A stretch of 63,249 nt of DNA, the filler included, from Rhabdomonas costata (lineage: Eukaryota), in NCBI GenBank assembly GCA_019059605.1. It is 48 parts of 48 records of this genome, joined end to end, with 100 filler letters (N's around TTAATTAATTAA, not from the genome) between each part and the next. Parts side by side here need not be neighbours in the genome. Positions count along the whole stretch, not along the records: positions 1 to 1,221 come from JAHMHO010023080.1; positions 1,322 to 2,542 come from JAHMHO010023081.1; positions 2,643 to 3,863 come from JAHMHO010023082.1; positions 3,964 to 5,184 come from JAHMHO010023083.1; positions 5,285 to 6,505 come from JAHMHO010023084.1; positions 6,606 to 7,829 come from JAHMHO010023085.1; positions 7,930 to 9,151 come from JAHMHO010023086.1; positions 9,252 to 10,472 come from JAHMHO010023087.1; 40 more parts are not named here. One strand, given 5' to 3'. The notes beneath the pieces are model-generated. The model did not search any database. It was given only the letters and a program-made list of their open reading frames with translations, and had not been told where the DNA came from. Shown here in pieces: positions 1 to 10,990 of this stretch. How positions within the stretch are numbered: position 1 is the stretch's first letter; the number at the start of each line of letters is the position of its first letter. The translations under genes and the position numbers were made by a program.

Positions 1-1
1 G

Positions 2-340
2 GTCAATGTGGGTGAGTTATGGGAACATCGCTTTGGACCTCCAAGAGCTGATGAACTCTCATCTCTATGTGAACGCTACATTAAGCGCTGATCTACTTTG
101 TACACCGATGGAGCTCGTGCATACGAGAACATCTCAGATAAATTTGGTTATTCTTATGCTCACGTTGACCACAGCTGTTGTGAGTTTGTGCTGGGAGCCG
201 TACACATTAACACTCTCGATGGTCGGTGGGGCCGGCTACGGAAATGGTGTAATCCTCGTGGTGGAATCCGATAATACCACATTTTTGAGAACATCAAGGA
301 GTTCAAATGGATCCCTAACATGACTCGTGATGATCCTTGC
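2..340 (+). mobile_element. Degenerate Merlin/IS1595-family DDE transposase, C-terminal fragment
   Basis: Frame +2 reads ...YIKR*STLYTDGARAYENISDKFGYSYAHVDHSCCEFVLGAVHINTLDGRWGRLRKWCNPRGGIR*YHIFENIKEFKW. This matches the IS1595/Merlin pattern TDg..aY / VnHs..efv...vHtNtiEg.W..lK / Ef.W, with two in-frame stops. Confidence 0.85.
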
Positions 341-1221
341 GTCTTTGTTTGGCTACATTTGCGCTTGAAACTTCCCGTTTCGACTAGGTATACTTACTTT
401 CTGTGGGTACACATATGCCATATAAATATCACCTGTAGCAGTGTATCAAATGTCAGAGGGGGTTTTGCAAGTTGTATTTGGATGGGTGTTCCACCTGGAA
501 CTTGTTTCGTGTTAGGGTTCTTACAAAGCTCTTTCACCATGTTTACTTTTGATAATCTTACTGCTCTTTGCTATGACCAAGATGCCTTATAAAATTTACT
601 GACTGATCTGGGCTTCCAGTACAGAAAGCCTGATTCGTGTCCAAATGTGGTGGTGAGCTCTATTATCAGCTGTACTTGAATCGCGAAAAGCAGCACTAGA
701 GATGCAAAATAAAGGGCTGTTATAAGCTCATTCCAGTATACCAACTCCACTGATAGCTGGTGGTGTATCCTGAAGACCTGGTGGTGTCCAAGAAGACCAC
801 ATTTTTTCTGCTATGAAAGAGGTCCAGTTGCGTTCTGATGGGATAATCCTTGCCATTTTTTATTGCGCACATTAAGGCTGGAAAATTACCCTATTGAAAG
901 ATTTCATATGCTCCGATCATCTAAATTTAACCTGCCTTTAATACACTGCTCCGCGTATGCTTTATAAATTATTACACAAACGAGCACAGTTCCAAACACC
1001 ACAAACCATTACAGCACAACTGCAGACACCAACTACACCACCAACCACACCAACCGCCATGACACCAACCCCAGTATCTACAATACAGCAACAGTTACAC
1101 CATCTTGATTTACATCACCAACACAACCACACCACATAACTCTTGACACCAAACAAACCTATTATAAGCCACACAACACCACCACCAACAACTACATTTC
1201 ACATCAACTCCACAACCAATT

Positions 1222-1321
1222 NNNNNNNNNNNNNNNNNNNNNNNNNNNNNNNNNNNNNNNNNNNNTTAATTAATTAANNNNNNNNNNNNNNNNNNNNNNN
1301 NNNNNNNNNNNNNNNNNNNNN
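1222..1321. other. Artificial contig-joining spacer N44-TTAATTAATTAA-N44 (first of 47, recurring about every 1.32 kb)
   Basis: The same ~100-bp linker, with stops in all six frames, recurs throughout the window. Composition and gene content change abruptly across each one. Confidence 0.99.
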
Positions 1322-1323
1322 GG

Positions 1324-1380
1324 TTTTTTTTACGCATTCAAAAAGTCAAACACGCGGAATTAGTGAATGCGTAAAAAAAA
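1324..1380. repeat. 17-bp perfect inverted repeat with 23-nt spacer at contig start
   Basis: ttttttttacgcattca (1324-1340) pairs with tgaatgcgtaaaaaaaa (1364-1380). Confidence 0.85.
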
Positions 1381-1769
1381 GATTTCGGTCCCGAAAACAC
1401 ATAATCTGTGACGCCGCCTAGTTGTCATCTCTGATGCGGCCGACAAGTTGCCAAGCCCGGAACTTTCTATGAACCTGTCCAGCAGGCTGAGTTGAGCCTT
1501 GCTGATGAAGCAATTTCGCTTGAAGACAAAGTACCGGCATGGAACTTGATTTAAAGCATCACGGAACGATTTCGATGGGAACTACTTTAGGGGAGGAATA
1601 GATGACTTCATCCCTGTCATCGCTGTCATCATTTTTGAAAGTGCCAGTGCTCTTTACATATGCACACTGCCGTTTTTGTCACACCTGCAAATTATGAAGT
1701 TTCCATCATTTAGCGCACACAAGCTCACGACCCTTCCCAAATTCTGTCTGTTCTATCACTTTCCCAAAG

Positions 1770-2472
1770 GGCTTCGCCTCGCTGCTGGTTCTGCTGATGG
1801 TTTTGTTCTGCGGGTACATGATCCCCAAGAGCAACATCCCTGCCTGGTGGGTGTGGTTCTACTGGTTCACCCCGCTGAGCTGGAGCTTCATTGCGATCGT
1901 GCAGAACGAGTTCCTGTCGTACTTGTATACCGTGGCGCTGCCCTCGGGGCAGTCTCGAGGCGAAGCTTACCTCGCTCAGAATGGCTTTCCGACGGACAAC
2001 TTCCGGAAGTGGATCAGTCTGGCCTACCTCGGGGGCTTCTACATCCTGACGTTAGTGGTTTTCACCCTGGGACTGAGGTTTGGCAGAGGACGACCCCACC
2101 CACCACCTGCTTTATTTTCTCACTTCAGTTCCAAAAGGGTGTAGTGCCTTTTTCTTCGTTGAGTTGGAGCTCCCAGCATCCCAATCCGTAGTGCTTCTTT
2201 TTGTATTTTATGTGAAGAGGGGAAACTCTGATTCAGGAAAGAAATTTTGCACACCGCGTGCGCCGAGATATGTCACACTGCATGGCTGTCACAGGTTTCT
2301 CCGCTGGCGAGAGATGCGCTCGGAAGAACCGAAATCGCCCAAGGCGGCGCCCGCTGCCGTGGCGGGCCCTGGGCCGCTGTCCACCAGCACTGTGGTGGAG
2401 ATGCGCCCCTTGGACTCCACCATGGAGAGGGCCGCTCCCGTGACGCTGTCCTTCCACTCCATCTCGTACAAG
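1770..2472 (+). CDS. ABCG/PDR-type ABC transporter, partial (end of TMD1 and linker to NBD2); exons 1770-2077 and 2295-2472
   Basis: GFASLLVLLMVLFCGYMIPKSNIPAWWVWFYWFTPLSWSFIAIVQNEF is a typical ABC-2 transmembrane signature. A GT-AG intron at 2078-2294 joins it in frame to ...VTLSFHSISYK, the usual lead-in to the NBD. Confidence 0.9.
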
Positions 2473-2668
2473 GTCCACCGCAGCTTTTGTCAAATTTATT
2501 TGCTTTTCGAAAAACCATTATCCTTTGTGTGGTTGTGGTTGGNNNNNNNNNNNNNNNNNNNNNNNNNNNNNNNNNNNNNNNNNNNNTTAATTAATTAANN
2601 NNNNNNNNNNNNNNNNNNNNNNNNNNNNNNNNNNNNNNNNNNTTTTTGGTTTTTTAGTATACATATTT

Positions 2669-3040
2669 GTGGTTTCACTGTTATTATCTTTTCAACTGAC
2701 AAATATAAAAGGATATACAAAGATTGAAAATTTGTCAGTTGAAAAGATAATAACAGTGAAACCACAAATATGTATACTAAAAAATGAAAAAGAAACAGTA
2801 TATATTACAAGCTCTATTGTATTTTTATATGCAGATGTATCATGTATAGCATCATTACAAATAGATATGAGATATTACAATGCAGTAATAAAAATAATAT
2901 TAAAGAAGAACCCAAATGATAGTAAAATAGTATTATATTATGGTAAAGATACATATACAAAATTAAATAAAATAAATGAATATATAGAAGTAATATTTTA
3001 TGATGGTGTGTTTGAATATTTAGGTGGAAAAATACATTAA
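2669..3040 (+). CDS. Hypothetical protein on an AT-rich viral-like contig (probably 5' partial)
   Basis: Intronless ORF in very AT-rich DNA, ending 27 bp before the next ORF. No family recognised. Confidence 0.6.
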   Translation: MVSLLLSFQLTNIKGYTKIENLSVEKIITVKPQICILKNEKETVYITSSIVFLYADVSCIASLQIDMRYYNAVIKIILKKNPNDSKIVLYYGKDTYTKLNKINEYIEVIFYDGVFEYLGGKIH

Positions 3041-3067
3041 AAATATTTTTTGTGAACTATATATATA

Positions 3068-3763
3068 ATGTATAGCGACAAATACATCAAATACAAAAAG
3101 AAATATCTTAATTTAAAAAAGAATGTATCACAAAGAGGCGGTAGTGATCAGGTAAGTTTTGTTATTTTTCAACTATTTCAATCTGATGTACTACCCACAC
3201 TTACAGATGAACAAAAAAATATATTTAAAGAATATGATGAAAAACAAAAAGTAATATCTGATTATATATTTCAATTAGATAACTGTGTACGTTATATTAA
3301 TGAAATTAATTCTAAAATTGAAAATATAGAGCAAATACAAACTGTAATATCATCATTTAAGGGAATACAAAAATTTTTTTGTACAACTGCTCGACAAAGA
3401 ATAATGAGTAACAGTATAATATATGGCAGTAGCAATCAAAACTTCACTTCACAATTTGATTTTATATTTAAGAAGTATATGGCGGGAAATAATGTATTAT
3501 CAAACTCATATTTTAACATAACAGATATGCAAAAAAAATTAGAATTACAGAATTCGTCTAATTTATACGATTGCATAATTAAATTTAAAGATGATATAAA
3601 TTATGGAGAAAATGTTAATAAATTAATGAAAAGTATACTACGGTTATCAAAAAACAACTATTTAGAAGATTTTATTAAAAATTTTTCAAGTGTAGTAGAG
3701 GAATTAAAATCAATAACGTTGAAAACATTTACAACTGTTACTGTCTTTGTACCTTATACCTAA
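3068..3763 (+). CDS. Mimiviridae-type hypothetical protein with N-terminal KYxKYKxKYLxLK...GG motif
   Basis: MYSDKYIKYKKKYLNLKKNVSQRGG matches the basic KY-repeat leader ending in GG that is common in Mimiviridae/Klosneuvirinae ORFs. The ORF is AT-rich, intronless and has an ATATAATG start context. Confidence 0.8.
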   Translation: MYSDKYIKYKKKYLNLKKNVSQRGGSDQVSFVIFQLFQSDVLPTLTDEQKNIFKEYDEKQKVISDYIFQLDNCVRYINEINSKIENIEQIQTVISSFKGIQKFFCTTARQRIMSNSIIYGSSNQNFTSQFDFIFKKYMAGNNVLSNSYFNITDMQKKLELQNSSNLYDCIIKFKDDINYGENVNKLMKSILRLSKNNYLEDFIKNFSSVVEELKSITLKTFTTVTVFVPYT

Positions 3764-3816
3764 AATTATTATTATACAAAAATAATATAACTATTACATA
3801 TATTTTAAAACAAACC

Positions 3817-3841
3817 AATAAATTATAATTTATAATTTATT
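3817..3841. terminator. AT-rich palindrome downstream of the viral ORF (possible Mimivirus-type polyadenylation hairpin)
   Basis: aataaattataa-t-ttataatttatt, about 55 bp after the stop codon. AT-only palindromes can arise by chance. Confidence 0.35.
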
Positions 3842-4530
3842 ATTCTTATTTTTACAAAATAAANNNNNNNNNNNNNNNNNNNNNNNNNNNNNNNNNNNNN
3901 NNNNNNNTTAATTAATTAANNNNNNNNNNNNNNNNNNNNNNNNNNNNNNNNNNNNNNNNNNNNCCACCTTCCGCCATAAGGTGGTGCCAGAGTGTCTGTG
4001 TGGGTAGAACGTTGCTACCTGGGACTTCTGGGGCTATCTACGGGGTAATGGAAACGCAGACCTGAAGGCGAGCGGCGCCTTCCAGTAAAGTACTTGATCA
4101 TCATGGGTGCTGTCACCATGTTCTTGCGGTCTTATTTTTGGAGCCCAGAATGTCATGAGAGCAAATCCTGTCCAAGAAAATGGCATTCAACACCTATTTG
4201 TGCCAATTGTCCCCTGAAACTGCCTCCGAGTTGTCTTGTACCCATTTCTGGGCAAATCTCACGTTATTGTGCCACTGCCAAACTGCCAAATGTGCTGACA
4301 ATGGCGCTATTTTTTTCTGCTGAAATTGGCGTCATTGTTGCGGTCCCTATGGGCCGCCCTCCCGAAGCATGAAGGCCAATATTTTCTCGAAGAATGAGTA
4401 TTCTGCCGCAAAGAACACCATCCAATCAAGTCGAAAGTGATGCCATTAACTGGTCTGATGGAGCATGTGAGCAGCAAATGCCTTACCACAAAGTGCAAAC
4501 TGCGCCCCCTTGCTCAATGGAGTGGTACTC

Positions 4531-4990
4531 TTAATCATCTGTTGAATTGATCCATGAGAAGACAGTTGGCCACGAATGTCGGCGCCTCAACGTGCCATTG
4601 TCTTCCAAGTACAGCGGTTGCTTCCAGTACTGCCGATCTCGCCTCAGTCTTTTCAGCTTTTTATACCACGAGGCATCCGGCCAGTACGGTGCAATCAACA
4701 GTACCATGCTACGTTCAGAGAGTACTTTGTCAAGTACTTTGTCCAACAACGACCACGGAGGATTTGCAAAAAGGATTTGGTCCTGTCCCCAGTGGTAGTT
4801 GAAGGAGTTTTATCTCTCTGACCACCGGTACTCAGGATCAGCTGAATAGTACCTGCTCAATTAATGATGTTTTCGGCTTGCAAACAGATCCACCTGAGGA
4901 ACCAGATCAAAGTTCTGGCAGATTTTCAGGAACAACTTGGGACACAGCATCACATCCTCCTCAATTCCAAAGCATGTATGCGGTTACCAT
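4531..4990 (-). pseudogene. Dam-like N6-adenine DNA methyltransferase domain of retrotransposon (DIRS-like) type, with in-frame stops
   Basis: One frame reads EDVMLCPKLFLKICQNFDLVPQVDLFASRKHH*LSRYYSADPEYRWSER*NSFNYHWGQDQILFANPPWSLLDKVLDKVLSERSMVLLIAPYWPDASWYKKL. The DLFAS, NPPW (4753-4764) and P.WP...WY motifs are present. Confidence 0.85.
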
Positions 4991-6885
4991 GCAATCTTAA
5001 TGAGCGGGGAACGGCCATGCTCAGTCAGGTCGCGCTCCCCCACTTGAAGTTGGCTAAACAGCTGTGCGAGCTGCGCACAGTCGCTGGATAGTACCAATCA
5101 AATGCATTGCTCCGCTACTTGAAGTGGATCAGCCTCTTCCAATTGGTATGGTGGGAGCTGAAGCACAATTACCTCCAAAACAAANNNNNNNNNNNNNNNN
5201 NNNNNNNNNNNNNNNNNNNNNNNNNNNNTTAATTAATTAANNNNNNNNNNNNNNNNNNNNNNNNNNNNNNNNNNNNNNNNNNNNTGTTTTGATCTTCCCT
5301 TTTCGTGACCAGGCCTGCACCAACGCAAGTTTGGCCACGAAAAGGGAAGATCAAAACAATTGCACCGGAAATACGCGATTCTTTCGGGGCCGCTGAATTC
5401 ACTTGACTGCATCGTTTCACGAAAGCCTTCTCTCGCGGCGATGCCAACTTGATCAGTATGCAATAGTGGATGCGAGCGGGGTATATTTGAACTCAGACCA
5501 GCATCACCAGCACCCAACAGTGAAGACAAATAAGCTCCACTTTCCCCCAGCAACTTGCCTTCTGTGGCAGGTGTTAGACATCTGATGCCCCTTTAACGCC
5601 TGCGCTGACTAACATCATCATTGATTCAATTGTATGACTGTTGCTCCTCCCCTTACCGTCGCAGCGGGCGTCACACACACTGCAGCGAAAATACGTCAGC
5701 CAAGGGCGTTTCCATCCCGATAAACTTTTGCTTTGAGCATTCGATGAGACAAGCTGTAGTAACGTTTTTCAGAGTACTCTCTACCAAACTGCTGACTATG
5801 ATTAAACAGCTGGGCAGCCTCCATGGATCTACGTAAAGCTGCTGTTGTTCTCCTGCGGAAGGACCGATATGTGTTGAAGCCAAAGAAAACCACCACCAGA
5901 GCTAGACGCCATTCCCATTAGCATTCTGTGAAGAGGGCATATGACCGCAGCCGGGGTGTGTCATAGTGACAAAATGGGAATTGTTTCAGCCCCATTCAAA
6001 TGATTACAATTACAATTCAAAAGTGAACAGGAGAAAGTTGGATCTTGCAAACGCAGCGGACTCCAGGGTCTGATGTCAAAGGGCACAGACGAGTGGTGAA
6101 TCGCGCAGCACACGCTGGTACACAGACGCACTGCGAGACAAGAAAGTGGTTCTAGCTCTGGAAGATACGTAAACAACAGTGTACATAACTCGTTCTGTTA
6201 TATGATCTTTGGATTTAGCGGCAGGGAACGCAAACTTCAGAGTCATCCGAGAAAGGAAAGACCACCGAACTACCGAACTGCCGGAACCTCCGCCTTGCGC
6301 ACAACAACAGAGTATGTCGACGACTGCTTGAAGAGAGGGAAGGGCCCGAACTTTTGGGTCTCGTCCCAGATCTCCACCGAGCTCACGGGCAGCCCCCGCA
6401 GGCATGACTCCCAGAGCGCCTGCCGCTCCCATGTGGATGTGGAGCGTCCCATAAACCAACCCACGTAAATTGCGCCCTTGGGTCGCAGAATGCGCACAAA
6501 ACCACNNNNNNNNNNNNNNNNNNNNNNNNNNNNNNNNNNNNNNNNNNNNTTAATTAATTAANNNNNNNNNNNNNNNNNNNNNNNNNNNNNNNNNNNNNNN
6601 NNNNNACCATTTCGTAATTTACGAAACATGTACTTTGGCATGGGAGTGCCAAAACGCGAACACGTTTCCACTTAACAGTGATTTGGTGTTAGAAGAAATT
6701 GAGCATTTTTCTGTAGTAATGCCATCACTCTGCAGAATCTGCTGTCGCTTGAGTCGACGGGATGCTGGCGGCCTGGGGCCTTTACTAGTGGCCAAGGAGC
6801 CCTATGTTTGTGGAAACAGAAAAAGAAAAAGAAAGGGGGCCGGGAAAACGGGGCCATCTTCTACGTAATGCATGAAAGTGTTTGA

Positions 6886-6888
<3 letters not shown>

Positions 6889-6916
<28 letters not shown>
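6889..6916 (+). repeat. (TG)n microsatellite
   Basis: About 14 TG units. Similar tracts occur at 7670-7690, 8028-8050, ~9054-9072 and ~47986-48006. Confidence 0.95.
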
Positions 6917-6920
<4 letters not shown>

Positions 6921-7929
6921 AGGGAATTACACAAAGTATCATGCAAAACCGCGCGGTAGCTAGACGGCAGTGGCAGTGTCTTGCCAGATCACCATTTGTG
7001 TTTGCCATTATGTGTCACACTAAAAATTAATAGTTCGTTAAAATATCCATAACGATATAATCCAGTGTGTGGTATAATGCACTGTGTTGGTTTGATTTTG
7101 GACGTGCGATGAATAGCGGCGGCGTATCAAGACAGCAGTTTCCTTTATCTTTGGTTTTCTTGCCAGCTCACCGTTTGTGTCATCAAAAAATAAAAATGTA
7201 CATGGCGATATCATCGGTTCCTCGAGGTGCAAGGCAACCACCAGCCAGCAAGTTACAGCGGAACAACGGATGAGAGCAGCTTTGAATCAGTACTTTCTCC
7301 CACCCGCCTGGCTCTCTCCGATTGCCTTTCCGCTGGGGTGTGGTCTCCAGGTGCACATCCTCTCGCAGTACCTCCGGCGGTTCCATGGCGCGTCTGTGGC
7401 CACCCCGCAGCAGCTCCGTGCCCAAGTCACGGCTCTGTCTGCGGACATCTCCGCCAGCCTACCCCCGGGCACCCACACTTTGGCCTCCCGGCCGCTCAAC
7501 AAGCTGGTGCGCTTGTGTGTGTGTGCTTCCTAAAACCGCGGTTTAATGTTGAGATTTCCCAGGAACCTCTACCCAGCAGCAGAGGGGTGGTCCGTACCCC
7601 GAGAAGTGGCCAGCGGAAACCCGCTGATGCAGAAAAGACCTCCACCAAAACCACGTCTTGTGCTCGTATTGTGTGTGTGTGTGTGTGTGTTTTGTGTGGT
7701 TGTCTGCATATTGGCGGACAACGCGTCTCATTGCATGTGTACAGGCGTTCTACCCAGCAACGGCACCTCCCGCTACGCCGCTGACGTGGCTGCCATAGCG
7801 ATAGCTGTCGCCGTGACTCACAACAACCCNNNNNNNNNNNNNNNNNNNNNNNNNNNNNNNNNNNNNNNNNNNNTTAATTAATTAANNNNNNNNNNNNNNN
7901 NNNNNNNNNNNNNNNNNNNNNNNNNNNNN

Positions 7930-8030
7930 TTCTGCACACCTGTTGGTTTTTTGGCGCGTTCACGGTGCTGCTGTTCGTGCTGGACAACACGACGGGCATT
8001 GGGGTGGGAGTGTGCGCCGTTCCCATCCAC
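7930..8030 (-). repeat. ~100-bp dispersed repeat, copy A (inverted relative to copy B at 8600-8705)
   Basis: Its reverse complement gtggatgggaacggcgcacac...cagcacgaacagcagcaccgtgaacgcgccaa...aacaggtgtgcagaa aligns with 8600-8705. Confidence 0.8.
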
Positions 8031-8060
8031 ACACACACACACACACACACGCACGCACAC

Positions 8061-8578
8061 GGAGAGTACCGGTCGATGATCGACCGGACCACTGAAGCTG
8101 TGGATGAGGCTTGGGACTTCGTCATCCAGTAGGACTCTGGGATGACGGCAGAGGGCGCTCCCCTTGAATTGACCCTCGGACGGAAGGGGTGGTCCACGGT
8201 GGCCAAGGGGATGAGCCCAAGTCGCAGAACTCCTGACCTACCTGATCGAGCACAACTACGTCAATAAGCTACGTCAGTCGGCGGTCGGGTTCTGCGACAA
8301 ATCAAGGGGATGCCCATGGGAACGCCCGCTGCCCCGCAACCTGGCAACCTGACATACCGTTTCGTGCCCGGAAAGGTCCCTTGCGGTTTGCCGGTACATC
8401 GACGATATCTACTCGGCAGGCGCACCACTCCCCTCGCAAGACGCCCACGGCATGGAATACAAGACCACAGCGAAGGGGAGTTCGGTTGTGTATCTCGGGG
8501 TTCGCGTCTTTGAGAAGGTTCAGGAGGACGGCACCAAGGTCCTTCACACCACAGTGCACGATCGGGAGGGGTCATATC
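8061..8578 (+). mobile_element. Penelope-like retroelement reverse transcriptase fragment (frameshifted)
   Basis: Across frames: ELLTYLIEHNY / VGGRVLRQIKGMPMGTPAAPQ / AVCRYIDDIYSAG...VVYLGVRV...LHTTVHDRE. These give the QxxGxPMG and YIDD (8395-8406) motifs and a PLE-type T.vyDk motif. Confidence 0.85.
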
Positions 8579-8599
8579 TTTGTTGTTTGTGTTTGTGTG

Positions 8600-8705
8600 G
8601 TGTGGACGGGCACGGCGCATGCCCACAACCCAACGCACGACATGGTCTTCAGCACGGACAGCAGCACCGCCAACGCGCCAACAACACCAAAACAGGTGTG
8701 CAGAA
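8600..8705 (+). repeat. ~100-bp dispersed repeat, copy B
   Basis: gtgtggacgggcacggcgcat...cagcacggacagcagcaccgccaacgcgccaa...aacaggtgtgcagaa is an imperfect inverted copy of 7930-8030. Confidence 0.8.
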
Positions 8706-10090
8706 CAAGGGGGTCCTGCTTGGTGTCACTGGTTTCCACTGACTGCACCTGCTGCCACCCATTTCTGCTGCACTCCTATCTTTGTCGCTGCAACCCGCTC
8801 CCAATGCAGTCACCACCACCGATGTTCTCCTTTCTCTCTCTTCCTCCCATGCCCACTGCGCCCATTCTTGCCCGCAGTGATCTCCACGGTTTCCCACTGT
8901 CGCTTCTCGACTCTTTCCGTTTCTCGCTCCTCGCTCCATTCCAGCCATTCCCATTTATCCTCTCTAACTCTGATCTCCTCACTTGTGGGTCTTCCGGCGT
9001 CGGTTGTCGGGGGCACGCACACAGGGCGCGGTGTGCTGTGGCGTGGTCGGGGGCACACACACACACACACACAAACTTTGTGCACTTGGCCGGGACGACT
9101 TTTTTCTGGGGAAGACTCGCGTTTCTCTTCCCCCCCGCGCTCCCCACCCTCNNNNNNNNNNNNNNNNNNNNNNNNNNNNNNNNNNNNNNNNNNNNTTAAT
9201 TAATTAANNNNNNNNNNNNNNNNNNNNNNNNNNNNNNNNNNNNNNNNNNNNTGGGGGTGGGGGGGCTCGATGGGCCACAACAACCGGGACAGGTGGACGA
9301 GGGACAAAAGAAAACGAAGTTCGTGGGGGCGATGAGCACCTGTGGCCCCACAAATGGGGCATAGGTTAGTGGTCTCCGTGCCAGGTGCAGGCCGGGACTG
9401 AATTATCAGCGCGGCCTCCTGAGCCGGCATCTGTGCAGGTGCAGGGGCATGCAAACGTCATTGGAAGGCGTTGGCGATGCACCATGGCACACCAATTTCT
9501 ATGATGGCCAAGCGCGAACGCCATACAAGAACAAAGGCAAAAATTAGTGCTCGTACACTGCGTGCGCGTGTGTGCCAGCCTACAGTTCTTTTTTTATCAA
9601 AACCTACGCCCAACATAGAGCAAACGCAAAAGACGGCCCTTCCAAGCCTGGGCAAATGCAAAAAGAGCCCCCAAACACCGAAAAATGGCCCTTTAATGGC
9701 CTCCAGGGTGGCTGAAAACACAAGCATTCAGACCCACTCCAGTGCCAGCAGGAAATACTCCTGGGCTCAACGCTAAGCACGCCTGAGCTAAGGCTCCGCA
9801 TGCAGAGGATTTTTGGCCCCCATCTCCGATGAGCCCTCCGACGATTGGTGAGGTTCTGGAAGCCGGCTAAAAAAGGGTTTTCCGCCTTTGCTCGGGAGTG
9901 AACTTTTCAACACTGAGACACTGTGGGAGTCAGCTGGATGGGTGGGTCGTTTGTGTTTTATCGAAGCATATGCGGATGTGTACAGAGAATTGGTCAAGTG
10001 GGAGGTCACCATCCAGCCTGTATTAAGCAAGCACAAATTAAAGAAAACCCGCTTTTCCAAACCATACACTACACAAATAATGAGTGAATC

Positions 10091-10121
10091 AGTGAGTGAG
10101 TGAGTGAGTGAGTGAGTGAGT
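10091..10121 (+). repeat. (GAGT)n microsatellite
   Basis: About 7-8 tandem AGTG units. Confidence 0.95.
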
Positions 10122-10990
10122 GTGAGCGAGTGTGTGTAAGAGTGTCACGACAGTTCCTAGCGGCAAGAAAACTGCGTTCTCGTTTTCTCGCAAAGCTATC
10201 CCCACCAAATCCCAATCAGATTCACAGAGTGACCCCACAGTGATCAGACATACTTCCTGAGGGGGCAGGGAGATAACCTGTGCAAATCGCGTCTTATTGC
10301 TGCCAGTACGGGCAGACTTCAAAACCCCACAGAGGAGAAAACCCACGCACACCGAGGAGGTCTCCATCCCTGGGGCGGGCGGCGCTGGAAGGCCCGCCGC
10401 TGGGGTGTCCTCAGAACCACGGCAACCCAGCAAGAACAGACTTCCCAAGGGACTCTGAGTTCAAAAACAAACNNNNNNNNNNNNNNNNNNNNNNNNNNNN
10501 NNNNNNNNNNNNNNNNTTAATTAATTAANNNNNNNNNNNNNNNNNNNNNNNNNNNNNNNNNNNNNNNNNNNNGGGTTTTTTTGCTTCAAAAAATAGAGAC
10601 AAAAACAAGAACTACATCTCCCTTCCTGCTTCTTTCCGAGCTACTTCTGCAGCGGGGTGACCATTGCCCAATTAGGCAACTGGCTGAATTCCATGGTGCA
10701 GTTGATATTGGATGGATTTAAATGAAATCAAATGAAATTAGATGGAGTGGGCGGCGTTTTTGAGACTCACCCATATAACGGAAGGCTTCCCGTTGCTGTG
10801 GGGCTGAGCCACCAAGCGCACCTCGAAATGCAGCTGAAGCCCTTGCCAATGACGATGCACTTTGGTGAGGTTCTGGGTTTGCGTTTCCCCGCGACTGGCC
10901 AATCAACAAAAGTGTGCACCAAACTGCAGTCTGCTGACGTAGGTAAAAGCGCAAAAAAACAAGGAAAAACGAGAAAACGGGCTAGCATAC

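Noticed and set aside
9330-9365. Nanos- or gag-like zinc knuckle CPICGATGAH (minus strand)
   Set aside because: The final Cys is absent in frame and there is no supporting context.
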